IMG/VR virus record: IMGVR_UViG_3300027736_000059
Location: 1 to 55,283 of that record
Length of the DNA stretch: 55,283 nt
Direction: 5' to 3' (one strand)
From: a virus
Taxonomy: Duplodnaviria; Caudoviricetes
Shown here: positions 17,991 through 27,226 of the stretch, piece by piece
Layout of the letters: every line of letters starts with the position of its first letter
How positions within the stretch are numbered: the stretch's first letter is position 1
Position numbers and translations under genes: made by a program
The notes under the pieces: model-generated
The model's input: the letters and a program-made list of their open reading frames with translations, nothing else
Database searches by the model: none
What the model was told of the DNA's origin: nothing

Positions 17991-18410
17991 TTAAAGAACA
18001 TCACTATCATCACCACCAAGCTCTGAATCAGCTCCATACTCGACAAGCTCGGTGATGACAAGCTTACCTAGCGAAGGACTAACGCCCTTCTTATTTTTAT
18101 ATGTCCACTCATAGGAACCAACCAAAGCCTTAGCCTTGCTTCCATTACCAATAGCCTCAGTAATCTCATCGCCATCAGCGTCATGCACACGAATAGGGGA
18201 TTGGCTCTTGCAAGTGATGTATCGGCCCATGTCAGCCTTCTTATCTTCACCTACTTGAACACTGATACCCATAGACTCCAGAGCATCCGCAGCGGCATCG
18301 CTTAGGTTACACAGGTTAAGCTGATACTTCCCAGACATATCATTAACCTTAGTGTGCTGACACCAAAACACATCAGCTTTAATCTTTATCTTCTTAGTTT
18401 GTGTACTCAT
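17991..18410 (-). CDS. Single-stranded DNA-binding protein (T7 gp2.5-like)
   Basis: IGNGSKA motif, acidic C-terminal tail, between polymerase and exonuclease; start reassigned to MSTQTKK (AAGGA SD). Confidence 0.75.
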   Translation of the reverse strand: MSTQTKKIKIKADVFWCQHTKVNDMSGKYQLNLCNLSDAAADALESMGISVQVGEDKKADMGRYITCKSQSPIRVHDADGDEITEAIGNGSKAKALVGSYEWTYKNKKGVSPSLGKLVITELVEYGADSELGGDDSDVL

Positions 18411-18448
18411 ACTATTTCCTTTATGAAAAATAAAATCCACTTGTAACG

Positions 18449-20281
18449 TCAGTGGCAATCACGCCAGTTGTTGCCTATCTTTCCTTCGGCATCAACCGGA
18501 CATCTAAATTGTAGCATAACACCCGCTTGTGTTGCAGCATCTTCAATAATTTTCATCGCTCTTTCTGCGTCCTCCTTAGCAACTTCCCATTGAGTTTCAT
18601 CGTGGACAAAGGCAATAAGCTTTGCATTAATTGCATGAAACTTCAGTGAGTTATCACACTCCACCAGCCACTGCTTAGCAATGATAGCTCCTGCTGATTG
18701 CAAGAGAGTATTCAATGCAGCGTGAGAAGTTCTTACCCACACTTTCCTGCCATCTAAGGCAGGGAGTTTGCCATTGGCTGATACTCTGACAACCTTCTCC
18801 TTCAGCTTCTTCAGCGAAGGAGTATTATCTAGAAAGTTATCAATAAGTTTCTTTCCTTTCGAAGCAGAAACCCCAGCAGTTAATCCAATCTTCCCTGCTC
18901 CTGCCCCGTAGAGCATGGCGTATGTCATCGTCTTCGTTATGTTACGGAACTTCTTATGCTCTGGATTGCTATCATCCTTCACTGTACCCTTTGGCACTAG
19001 TCCAAAGGCTTGGCAGTTCATCCAATGCACATCACCCTTCAATAGTTCTTCCTGCCACACAGCGTCCTGCATATAGTGGGCTAGGCAGCGTAGCTCAATG
19101 CCACTAAGGTCTACCCCTACCTGCACATTACCTTCCTCCACTGTCCACATTTCCCTGCACTCAGCGCCATAGGGTGTATCTGGATTGACTGCTGGCACTT
19201 GTCCCATGTTGGGACTACTGTGTGTACATCTACCCGTCACTGCCCCGTTGGTAATGATGCGTCCATGCACCCTGCCATCGTCCTCAACAAACCCCATCCA
19301 ACTACTGATCTGTGCTGTTCGTTTCTGTAGCATTAGATACTCAGCCACAAGCTTAGCTTCAGGCAGGTCTATGCCTTGTAGCACTGTCTCATCTACAATG
19401 ACATTACCTTTCTCTGTGTGCTTATCAAACTTCACACCAAGTATGGTTAGTCTCTCAGCAATCTGCTGCCTACTACCAGCATTGAACAGGTGTTCTCTAA
19501 CCTTCATCGGCCCAGCCATAGCTTCGTTTATCAGTGAAGCTTTATATCCTGCCTCTTTAAGTAGCTGACGAAGCTCTGTCTTAGTTTCTGCCTTGTACTC
19601 TTTCCAATCAGGTGTTACCACTTCCCAATACTCAGGGGTCTTTAGTTCCTCGTAGGTGGGCTTGAATACTAGCTGCATCTGCGCTTCAATGTCTGACATC
19701 CGTCCAACCAAATGAGCATGCAAAGACATAGCCTTAAACATGTCCAGCTTGAAGCCGTTGTCTTCCATCCCCTTACATATCACTGCAACCTTATGTTCAA
19801 GCTCTATGCTTTGCTGGCTGAATGCATCCTTCTTTAGCAGGGATAGTAAATGGTGGTGTAGCTTCTCAAGTAGTATGACATCTTGCTCACAATACTCAGC
19901 CATCTCTTCAGACCACCCAGCATCATAGTCAGTGAAGCTTATCTTGTGGCACTTCAGTCGTATGCCCCAAGCTTCTAGACTATGAGGGGCTGGTACTTTC
20001 TGTCCTTCAATGAAAGCAATATCTACATCAGGATTGTGCAGCCGTGAGAGGATAAGGGTATCGACTAGACTGGCACGGGGTATGGTGACACCCCACACCC
20101 TTTCCAATACAGGAGCATCAAAACCAATAATATTATGCCCACATACTTCACTATCTTTGAGGTATTGTTGTAGTCCATCTTTATTTCTCCAGTGTTTTAT
20201 CTCGTCATCTTTCTTGGTGACACATAACCATATTTGTTTGTGTGCTGTATCTGTTTCGATATCTAAGTAAATCATATACAT
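18449..20281 (-). CDS. DNA polymerase family A (3'-5' exonuclease plus polymerase)
   Basis: DIET, HNIIGFD, YCEQD; TGR, DLSGIELR (motif A), KTMTYAMLYG (motif B), VHDE (motif C). Confidence 0.95.
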   Translation of the reverse strand: MYMIYLDIETDTAHKQIWLCVTKKDDEIKHWRNKDGLQQYLKDSEVCGHNIIGFDAPVLERVWGVTIPRASLVDTLILSRLHNPDVDIAFIEGQKVPAPHSLEAWGIRLKCHKISFTDYDAGWSEEMAEYCEQDVILLEKLHHHLLSLLKKDAFSQQSIELEHKVAVICKGMEDNGFKLDMFKAMSLHAHLVGRMSDIEAQMQLVFKPTYEELKTPEYWEVVTPDWKEYKAETKTELRQLLKEAGYKASLINEAMAGPMKVREHLFNAGSRQQIAERLTILGVKFDKHTEKGNVIVDETVLQGIDLPEAKLVAEYLMLQKRTAQISSWMGFVEDDGRVHGRIITNGAVTGRCTHSSPNMGQVPAVNPDTPYGAECREMWTVEEGNVQVGVDLSGIELRCLAHYMQDAVWQEELLKGDVHWMNCQAFGLVPKGTVKDDSNPEHKKFRNITKTMTYAMLYGAGAGKIGLTAGVSASKGKKLIDNFLDNTPSLKKLKEKVVRVSANGKLPALDGRKVWVRTSHAALNTLLQSAGAIIAKQWLVECDNSLKFHAINAKLIAFVHDETQWEVAKEDAERAMKIIEDAATQAGVMLQFRCPVDAEGKIGNNWRDCH

Positions 20282-20284
20282 CTC

Positions 20285-21895
20285 TCATAACAGTGGTGTC
20301 TCTTCTTCGGCATCAACTTCAAACATGCGCCCTGTCTCTTTGTTATAAAGAAGGTTGCATGCGGGGCCAGTGATTCCACTGAAGCGGTTCTTCAACACCC
20401 TAACCTTCGTGGTGTTTCTTTCAATCAAGTCTTCAGCCTGACCATTACGCTCCAGTCCAATCACCATATCGCTTAACTGTGCTATTGAACCGCTTCCGCG
20501 AAGCTGTGCTAGTGATGTGGCTGCTCCTTCTTCGTGACCAGTGTTAGGTGGGCGCTTGAGGTGGCTGACAATTATAAGGGCTATGTCTGTTTCTTGTACA
20601 AGCATACGCAGCTTAGTCATAATTTCATCCAATGCCTTACGCTCGTCACCGCTCTCCTGCGCTGAGACAATGATGGACAAGTGATCTAAGAATATATACC
20701 TGCATGACATACCCTTAGCCAAGTAGCGCACACGATTGACAATGTTCTCTACTGCTGTACTTCCGAAGTGATCGAACAGAAACAATCGTCCAGTGCCTAG
20801 CGTCTTATCAAAGGCATCACGCCTTTGTTCATGAGACACTACAGTATCGGGCAAGTGTAGTGGTGTGTTAGCTGCTAAGGACATAACAGATAGGCCAGTC
20901 TTCTTAACACTTTCCTCAAGGAACATCAGGCCAATGTTGTCCTTTGTCTTTTGAAGCAAATGCCATACTAGTTCACGAAGCACTTGGCTCTTACCCAAAC
21001 CACTACCGGCTGTCACTGTAACCAGTTCACCAAAGCGTAGGCCATAGGTAATGTCGTTAAGACCAGCCCAAGGGTAGGTGCAGTCTGCTGGTGGCATAGG
21101 CTTTGATACCAAGTCCCACATACTAGAGCCACTGACAATGCCATCGGGTACATACGCCTCAGCCCTCCACCACCGCTCAACAAACTTAGCCTCTGCGTTA
21201 TCTGCTAACCAATCACAGGCATCCTTATACTCAGGGACAGGCTTGAATATCTTGCACTTGCTTCCAAATAATTCAGCAACTTCCCTTGCTGCCTTCTGTC
21301 CTACGGCATCACCATCCAAGCACACCACAATGTTTTCAAAGCTAGAGATATATTCGTAATGAGCCTTGCAATCTTTCAATGCTGAGCCAGCACCATTGCG
21401 GATAGATACCACAGGATACTTAGAGCCTGTCATTTGGAAAGCAGCGAGAGCGTCAAACTCTCCCTCGACTATGGTGAGATATTTACCACCAGAGGGGAAT
21501 AGATTCTGTCCAAATAATATTCCTTTAACCCAGCTACCAATAGCACTAAACTTCTTATCACTGACAGCCCTAACCTTAGCTGCCACAAGCTGGCTGTTGC
21601 CATCGTAGTAGGGGAAGTAGTAGTTGTCCTTCTCTCTGACAACCCCGTACTTCTCCATTGTACTTTTACTTATCCGTCTTTCGGATACGCTGATGGATGA
21701 TGCTTCCTTAAAAACTTTTAAGGTAGTGCTGTTGGTTTCAACTTCTTCTTCAATCACTATGTATCCATCCTGTTGGTTAATTAGAGAGGGTGTAAAGGTA
21801 TCGCATACAAAACATTTTGTACTAGCATCCTCGTTCATGGATAGCCCATCGCTGCTTCCACAGCTTTTGCAGGGCAGATGTGTTTTTATAAACAT
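20285..21895 (-). CDS. Primase-helicase (T7 gp4-like)
   Basis: N-terminal CxxCGSSD zinc finger, TOPRIM EGEFD and DGD, Walker A GSGLGKS, LDHL, LRGSGSIAQLSD, KNRFSG. Confidence 0.95.
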   Translation of the reverse strand: MFIKTHLPCKSCGSSDGLSMNEDASTKCFVCDTFTPSLINQQDGYIVIEEEVETNSTTLKVFKEASSISVSERRISKSTMEKYGVVREKDNYYFPYYDGNSQLVAAKVRAVSDKKFSAIGSWVKGILFGQNLFPSGGKYLTIVEGEFDALAAFQMTGSKYPVVSIRNGAGSALKDCKAHYEYISSFENIVVCLDGDAVGQKAAREVAELFGSKCKIFKPVPEYKDACDWLADNAEAKFVERWWRAEAYVPDGIVSGSSMWDLVSKPMPPADCTYPWAGLNDITYGLRFGELVTVTAGSGLGKSQVLRELVWHLLQKTKDNIGLMFLEESVKKTGLSVMSLAANTPLHLPDTVVSHEQRRDAFDKTLGTGRLFLFDHFGSTAVENIVNRVRYLAKGMSCRYIFLDHLSIIVSAQESGDERKALDEIMTKLRMLVQETDIALIIVSHLKRPPNTGHEEGAATSLAQLRGSGSIAQLSDMVIGLERNGQAEDLIERNTTKVRVLKNRFSGITGPACNLLYNKETGRMFEVDAEEETPLL

Positions 21896-22245
21896 GTCTT
21901 TGTTTTAAAATAGTTATCAATAGTTCTCGCTGCTCTTTCTCCGCAGACTAGTGGAACATCCCAAGCCCCACTAAGACCAAAGTCTTTTCTGTATTTATTT
22001 ATTAGCAGAAGTAAAGCCTTGTGTGCCTCTATAATTATCTGTTCTTCAGACAGCACTTCAGTGACTGGTGCTTGAGGCTTCCGTATCTTAAGCTGCTTTA
22101 TAAAAATAGCAAAGCTATCCTTGGTGTCGTTACCGAATGAGGCAATCTCGCACAGGCGAAGAGCAGCGTGGTCTAGCGCCTCATCCCATCCATTAGTGTA
22201 CTCATCTATCTGTTTTAAATCAATCATCACTATCCTTTGCTTCAA
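21886..22245 (-). CDS. Hypothetical protein
   Basis: Co-oriented ORF overlapping its neighbours; start uncertain. Confidence 0.55.
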   Translation of the reverse strand: MKQRIVMIDLKQIDEYTNGWDEALDHAALRLCEIASFGNDTKDSFAIFIKQLKIRKPQAPVTEVLSEEQIIIEAHKALLLLINKYRKDFGLSGAWDVPLVCGERAARTIDNYFKTKTCL

Positions 22246-22513
22246 CTAATTCAAACTTAAGGCGGCTATGAAAGCTATCTTCTCCATCATCACCAGACAC
22301 AAGCCAGTCAATTCGCTGTACATAAATGTGTGCCTCACGCAATAGTTTCAAAGCATGCTCAAACTCAGCAATGGTTTCTTCTGAATAGAACGCACCCTTG
22401 GTTTGGCCCCACTCATCAGTTTCCTTTGATGTGTTAGTAAGTATTAACTGTTCTACTTCGTCAGCAATACGTCCAATTTCATATTGCTTGTATTCAAAAT
22501 GTCCACCGCTCAT
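22220..22513 (-). CDS. Conserved phage hypothetical protein (MSGGxFxY family)
   Basis: MSGGHFEY...IDWLVSGDDGED; start reassigned. Confidence 0.7.
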   Translation of the reverse strand: MSGGHFEYKQYEIGRIADEVEQLILTNTSKETDEWGQTKGAFYSEETIAEFEHALKLLREAHIYVQRIDWLVSGDDGEDSFHSRLKFELVEAKDSDD

Positions 22514-22677
22514 TTGTTTTCTTCCTTCAACAAATGAACATAGTAGCAAAGTCTTTTAAACACCTGCGGCTCTAACGCCACCACCTTGTTTTCATGGTGA
22601 TTTACGGCAAGCCATATATGGTAGCCATCAAAGCTGGCGTATACGCCATCACCTAAATAAGTCTCATGTTCATCCAT
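22510..22677 (-). CDS. Small hypothetical protein (55 aa, not in the ORF track)
   Basis: MDEHETYLGDGVYASFDGYHIWL...; AGGAG SD; ATGA overlap with the downstream gene. Confidence 0.7.
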   Translation of the reverse strand: MDEHETYLGDGVYASFDGYHIWLAVNHHENKVVALEPQVFKRLCYYVHLLKEENK

Positions 22678-22915
22678 TATTTTTCTCCTTTAATTTATCC
22701 ACCACAGCTTGAGCAATAATTAAGAAGTCAGCAAAATCAATCTCTGCTTCCGTACTGTCTGCTATTGGCGACACACGCCACCATTCAAGCCATTCGGCAC
22801 TCGTTGGCTCCACCAGTTGACGCTGCTTCTTACCATCATAGTACCCGCTTTGATATGTGATAGTCAGTGCATCGCCGTGGTCTTTGTACACCTGTGTGTC
22901 GTCATCTTCATCCAT
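22670..22915 (-). CDS. Hypothetical protein
   Basis: Start reassigned to MDEDDD (AGGAG SD). Confidence 0.6.
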   Translation of the reverse strand: MDEDDDTQVYKDHGDALTITYQSGYYDGKKQRQLVEPTSAEWLEWWRVSPIADSTEAEIDFADFLIIAQAVVDKLKEKNNG

Positions 22916-23330
22916 TGTTCTGCTCCTTTGCGGCAGCTTCGCCAAGCCTAAAAAACCGCAGTTCGCTTTCTGTCATAGCGTGGTATTCGTCTAAATAATC
23001 CGCAATCTGCTCATCCGTCAGCCCTACCCATGTGCGCTGTGGTGGGGTGGTGTAGAGAGTTTCCCAGCGACCAATTTCTGGTTTTTCTTTTTGAAAAATT
23101 GGATTTCCACCAATAGATAAATATCCAAACGGCTCCTGCGCTGGCTGTGCTGAGGGTGATGTGGTGTAAAGGGGAACAGCATCAAACATATTTGCATTTC
23201 CATCAGGTGAATGTTGTTCGTGCCAATGCAAAGACCTGCTTCCTCCACGTTTGTCGTAAACAGCCCACGCCACAGGCTCCTGCGTCAGCTTGTCCCGCGC
23301 CATAGCTTTTTTTGATTCGTAGCCTGTCAT
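22908..23330 (-). CDS. Mosaic early protein with QEPVAW/TTPPQRTWVGLT modules
   Basis: QEPVAW, QEPFGY and PQRTWVGLTDE modules typical of proteobacterial phage accessory genes. Confidence 0.65.
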   Translation of the reverse strand: MTGYESKKAMARDKLTQEPVAWAVYDKRGGSRSLHWHEQHSPDGNANMFDAVPLYTTSPSAQPAQEPFGYLSIGGNPIFQKEKPEIGRWETLYTTPPQRTWVGLTDEQIADYLDEYHAMTESELRFFRLGEAAAKEQNNG

Positions 23331-23551
23331 CACTTCCCCCAAATAAAGTAAGCAATCAACGTCATTGCTGCGGTCACAACTATCACAGCAAGCAGCGCCT
23401 TGACAGTGCTGAGTGTGTCGGTATAGGGGTCAGTGTCAACAACCATGCCCCGTTCGGCGTATGCTTTGTTTGTGGCCTCCATGCGCTGTTTCCTGATTGG
23501 GCAATCGCGGCCTTGGTTGCAGTTTCCATTAGCATCACAACAATTAGTCAT
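23330..23551 (-). CDS. Small membrane protein with a Cys-rich N-terminus
   Basis: CCxxxGxCNQGRxCP motif plus a C-terminal TM helix. Confidence 0.65.
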   Translation of the reverse strand: MTNCCDANGNCNQGRDCPIRKQRMEATNKAYAERGMVVDTDPYTDTLSTVKALLAVIVVTAAMTLIAYFIWGK

Positions 23552-23750
23552 ATACTTTACCTTTTTCAAATAAGTCATGGAAGCATGGGCCGCAGCATAT
23601 AAAGCTTAGGTACTCATGCTCAGAGCAATCAATGCCCAGTACATCAGTGGTTAGCTTACACACTTGGCACACATCTATTGCGGCATCAACAGTAATAGAA
23701 CGTCCATGTGCATGTTCTTCTGACTCATAAACAACTTTCCACTTAGTCAT
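23544..23750 (-). CDS. Small zinc-finger protein
   Basis: CxxC...DxSxxEY...CxxC. Confidence 0.55.
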   Translation of the reverse strand: MTKWKVVYESEEHAHGRSITVDAAIDVCQVCKLTTDVLGIDCSEHEYLSFICCGPCFHDLFEKGKVYD

Positions 23751-23914
23751 TTGGCATCCTTCCATGTCCAGCCAAGCAAGCGCTCGGTGTTGGCAATCTG
23801 TTCGTCAGTGGGCTTGTGGTACATGGAAAACATATTATGCGGTGATGCTTCGGCATACAGCACCCAATACCCAACTGGGGGCGGCGGCGGTTTGGAAGTT
23901 GTGTATTCAATCAT
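23747..23914 (-). CDS. Small hypothetical protein (55 aa, not in the ORF track)
   Basis: MIEYTTSKPPPPPVGYW...LLGWTWKDAK; AGGAG SD; overlaps both neighbours. Confidence 0.6.
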   Translation of the reverse strand: MIEYTTSKPPPPPVGYWVLYAEASPHNMFSMYHKPTDEQIANTERLLGWTWKDAK

Positions 23915-24155
23915 TTGTTTCTCTCCTTAATTTATTTTCAAATAAACGCAATACCATTTCCCGAAACAGTAACCCGTCTTGGCTGTGCTTGTAGGCGTTA
24001 AACAAGTGCTTATCTTCCATGTCCTTGATAGCAATCTCTCGCTTGTCTTTTGTTGTCCAAACTTCTGTTCGGAAATTGGCCCGTGCTTCTTGGTCGTCCC
24101 AATACCTTTCAGCAAGCGCCCTATTGACACAATATTCATCGTAAGAATCGCTCAT
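23907..24155 (-). CDS. Hypothetical protein
   Basis: WTTKDxRxIxIKDMxDxHLxN pattern; start reassigned (AGGAG SD). Confidence 0.65.
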   Translation of the reverse strand: MSDSYDEYCVNRALAERYWDDQEARANFRTEVWTTKDKREIAIKDMEDKHLFNAYKHSQDGLLFREMVLRLFENKLRRETND

Positions 24156-24511
24156 TTGACACGCTCCTTGAGCATGGCATCTGCCATTTCGTAGGAAGCT
24201 TTGGCTATTTTCTCTAACCACTCTGCGGCATGGTCTGACTCTTCGTGGATTGCCTCGTCTATTAAAGTTCCTTGCATAGCCAGCCCCGCAAACTCATCCC
24301 GCAAAGTTTTATCCCTCGCAAAGCCGCCGGTCTTGACCATCCAGTCGGTGTAGTCTGCCGCAATTTCAATGTTGTCTTTCATATTAATTTCCTTGTAATG
24401 TTTACGAACAATTTCTCTGGCATCTAGTCGTGTAGAAAACCATTTACCCAGTTCTGAGTTTATATCTTGGCTTAAGTGCTCTGTATCCCATACATTATTA
24501 GTTTCCTTCAT
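24152..24511 (-). CDS. Hypothetical protein (TLRDxFAxxAMQ family)
   Basis: TLRDEFAGLAMQG...AxxSYxMADAML motif; an internal start at MKDN is possible. Confidence 0.65.
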   Translation of the reverse strand: MKETNNVWDTEHLSQDINSELGKWFSTRLDAREIVRKHYKEINMKDNIEIAADYTDWMVKTGGFARDKTLRDEFAGLAMQGTLIDEAIHEESDHAAEWLEKIAKASYEMADAMLKERVK

Positions 24512-24665
24512 CAGTTAACAAATCAAATTTAATTACTTCAAACACACCAAGCACTGCTGCAACAGATATCTTGCCACGATATTCATCAAGGACATCTAAG
24601 ATATCATCTTGCAATTTGTGTGTGAGGGTGATTGAATTATTAAAGTTTCCTTCAATTACTTCCAC
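24498..24665 (-). CDS. Small hypothetical protein (GTG start, not in the ORF track)
   Basis: GAAAGGA SD; 55-aa ORF filling the gap below the integrase. Confidence 0.5.
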   Translation of the reverse strand: MEVIEGNFNNSITLTHKLQDDILDVLDEYRGKISVAAVLGVFEVIKFDLLTDEGN

Positions 24666-24682
24666 AATATTCCTTTCAGTTG

Positions 24683-25783
24683 TTAAACAAATCCACGCAT
24701 TCTTGCTGCCACTGTAGCCCCCTTAAGTGTGTGCTTCATGTACGGAGCAACACTCTGCGGTGTAGCATGGCCTGTCATAGCCATGATGTTAGGCAGAGGC
24801 ACTTCAGCCTCAATCATTTCTGTCACCGCTGTCCTTCGCAAGTCCATCAAGAAGACATCCTTAGGTACACCAGCTACATCCATTATTGCACCACCTATTC
24901 GTGCCAGTTGGGCGGGGTTGTATGGTATCAGTCCTCCCTTACCATCACGGATGGTGCTGGGTGCTATGTACTGCTGCCATCCGAAGTCTTTGTGCTGCTG
25001 CTCCAACATGTTACGCAAGTTCTCTGACGTTGGCAAGGACACATCAACCCCTCGCTTGCTCTGCTCAAGGGACAGCGTACCTGTGCCACTGTCGTAGTTG
25101 CTCCACTGAAGCAGACGTATATCACCTAGCCTCTGTCCCCACTCATAGGCCATCTGCACAATTAAACCAATGTTGCGCCACTTAAATTTGCTATACGCTA
25201 CATCCAAGAACGCAGCCACATGCTCCCTCTCCCACACTATCTTGCGTTGCTTGTCAGCCCTTCTAAGTATGTGTGTGAATGGATTGTGTGTGGTGAAACC
25301 ATTGCGTATAGCATGATTGAATAGCAACCTATACACAGCTAAGCTGTGGTTAGCGAGACTAACACTTGTTGCAGCGTGGTTGTCGTATACACGCTGACAC
25401 ATTGGTGTAAGTATATCCCGTAGCTTAGCCTTGCTCAATGGCACACCACCTACCCTATCAGTTAACCAGCGTGATAGATAGTAGTCGTAGTCTGCTTTTG
25501 TTTTAGGCTCAAGCTTTTCATAAGCTAAACTATTCTTATAGTTTATTAGAAGGTCTGTCACTGTGGATGTGCTGGATAAATTCTTTAGTCTGTCGCGCTC
25601 TTCACGCCATTCATCTAAGATTTTATTCTGCTCATCAGCATACTTGAAAGCTATCTTCCAGTTGTTACCTAACGACTTACTCTCCACCACCCCAGCCTTG
25701 ACAGCGAGAGGCGGTGGATTGTATCTATAGATAATACCAGTGGGTTTAGTCTCTCGCATTAGATAGCGAGGGAGTGTACTCAT
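24683..25783 (-). CDS. Tyrosine recombinase/integrase
   Basis: GQRLGDIR (R), QSKR (K), MDLRRT (HxxR variant), TGH and PY catalytic residues; N-terminal arm-binding-like region. Confidence 0.85.
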   Translation of the reverse strand: MSTLPRYLMRETKPTGIIYRYNPPPLAVKAGVVESKSLGNNWKIAFKYADEQNKILDEWREERDRLKNLSSTSTVTDLLINYKNSLAYEKLEPKTKADYDYYLSRWLTDRVGGVPLSKAKLRDILTPMCQRVYDNHAATSVSLANHSLAVYRLLFNHAIRNGFTTHNPFTHILRRADKQRKIVWEREHVAAFLDVAYSKFKWRNIGLIVQMAYEWGQRLGDIRLLQWSNYDSGTGTLSLEQSKRGVDVSLPTSENLRNMLEQQHKDFGWQQYIAPSTIRDGKGGLIPYNPAQLARIGGAIMDVAGVPKDVFLMDLRRTAVTEMIEAEVPLPNIMAMTGHATPQSVAPYMKHTLKGATVAARMRGFV

Positions 25784-26658
25784 ACTTCTAGTTCCTCTGC
25801 CATAAGTTCAGGTAACTTTACAATGCCCATGTCGTAGAGCTTCTCAGCCATAGCCAGCAGTTCGTCGTGCTTAACCAGTGCCTTGAGCCATCGCTTAGGT
25901 ATGCTGCTGTAGCCATACATTGCACCAGCCATCATGCCTGTCACTGCACCTACAGTGTCTGCATCGTGGCCCTTGTTAACTGCATGTACTACAGCATCCT
26001 CAAAGCATGTGTTCATGTAGCAGGATTGTGAAGCCTGAACATAAGCATGCATGATGGAGCCATGTGTTTCTCTGCCACTGCTACGGATATTGAAACTACG
26101 GAATTTGTTGTAGTTAGCAAACATCTTTGCTGACATACACTCAGCAATGAAAGCAGCGGTGTATTGCACAACCTCAGGGCTACCATGTGTCATCAACGAC
26201 ACAGCCACACCCTCAGCCACAGCTAGTGCAACACTATCGTGATTGGCTAGCATGATGGGAGCTAGTCGCATGATGGAGCCGTTGCCGCTGGCTTGCAAGT
26301 CTGCGCTGCCAGCATAGGGAAACTCAGATGTCATCTTGTCGATAGCACCGGAGCAGGTACGGCCTATGTCAAAGACATAAGTCCTTGTACCAAAGTGTCC
26401 ACTCTTACGCCATGTCTTGAAGTTGGTGGCAATATCAGCGGGGCTGAATCGTCCAGTGCTGATGTAAGCATCGGCAATAGCCACAGCCATAGCACCATCG
26501 TCTGTCCACTCTCCCTTGTCTGTGCTGTGTACACCACCACCTGTCATTTCGCTATGCACTCCCTCAATCTCATAGGGACGGAGAAATTCCAGCGGTGCGC
26601 CTAATGCATCACCAACAAACAAACCCATGAACATACCGATTGCTTTATCTTTAATCAT
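25780..26658 (-). CDS. ADP-ribosylglycohydrolase (DraG/ARH family)
   Basis: VGDALGAPLEF, WTDD, GNGSIMRLAP, TH, DADTVGAVTG; start reassigned to MIKDK. Confidence 0.9.
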   Translation of the reverse strand: MIKDKAIGMFMGLFVGDALGAPLEFLRPYEIEGVHSEMTGGGVHSTDKGEWTDDGAMAVAIADAYISTGRFSPADIATNFKTWRKSGHFGTRTYVFDIGRTCSGAIDKMTSEFPYAGSADLQASGNGSIMRLAPIMLANHDSVALAVAEGVAVSLMTHGSPEVVQYTAAFIAECMSAKMFANYNKFRSFNIRSSGRETHGSIMHAYVQASQSCYMNTCFEDAVVHAVNKGHDADTVGAVTGMMAGAMYGYSSIPKRWLKALVKHDELLAMAEKLYDMGIVKLPELMAEELEV

Positions 26659-26905
26659 AATTATTTTTCCAAAAGTCTTTTGCCTGTGCTTGTAGTCGAG
26701 CCTGAAACACAGCGTACTCAGCCCTCGCTGCTTGCTCATCCCCATACCACAACCACCAGCCGCCCTCGCCTCTGACATTGTGATGCCCATCGCATCCACT
26801 CAGTATCTGCCAGCCCCTATCAAGGAAGGCATGCAGTTGCTCACCAGTTCCGACACTTAAAAGTACCCTTTTCTCATACACTTGTGAACCTAAAGGTTGA
26901 ATCAT
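26651..26905 (-). CDS. Hypothetical protein
   Basis: Co-oriented ORF overlapping both neighbours. Confidence 0.55.
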   Translation of the reverse strand: MIQPLGSQVYEKRVLLSVGTGEQLHAFLDRGWQILSGCDGHHNVRGEGGWWLWYGDEQAARAEYAVFQARLQAQAKDFWKNNYD

Positions 26906-27126
26906 TTGGTTTGTCCTACATCGTAGTTCTTATACATATCAAGGCGAGAGTTAAGCCGTGTAATGCGGGTCTTGTTATAATCAACAACAGACTGAGCATA
27001 CTCAACACCTGTTTCAGCGGTGAGCAATTCCAAGTGTGCATCTGCTAGCTCTTGTGCTATCAATTGCAGGGGTGTGGGCTTCCTGAACGGCTGCTCCAGC
27101 AATTCCATAAGTTTAATCTTACGCAT
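26902..27126 (-). CDS. Hypothetical coiled-coil protein
   Basis: Start reassigned to MRKIKL (AAAGGA SD). The longer track ORF runs through the RNA element. Confidence 0.65.
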   Translation of the reverse strand: MRKIKLMELLEQPFRKPTPLQLIAQELADAHLELLTAETGVEYAQSVVDYNKTRITRLNSRLDMYKNYDVGQTK

Positions 27127-27148
27127 GTCAATTCCTTTGGTGATGATG

Positions 27149-27226
27149 AATAGGTGGGGGTACTCGCTGCACTGATTGACCGCCGTTCCGCAGTCCCCTG
27201 TATCAGCATCCGCTTTCCCCCGAAAA
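27149..27226 (-). ncRNA. Candidate structured RNA, copy A
   Basis: GGGGGAAAGCGGATGCTG...GCAGCGAGTACCCCCACCTATT; a paralog with the same ends lies at 32105-32186. Confidence 0.6.

Noticed and set aside
24498-24700. attP site next to the integrase
   Set aside because: No tRNA-like core or arm-type repeats were visible, and the flanks are fully coding.
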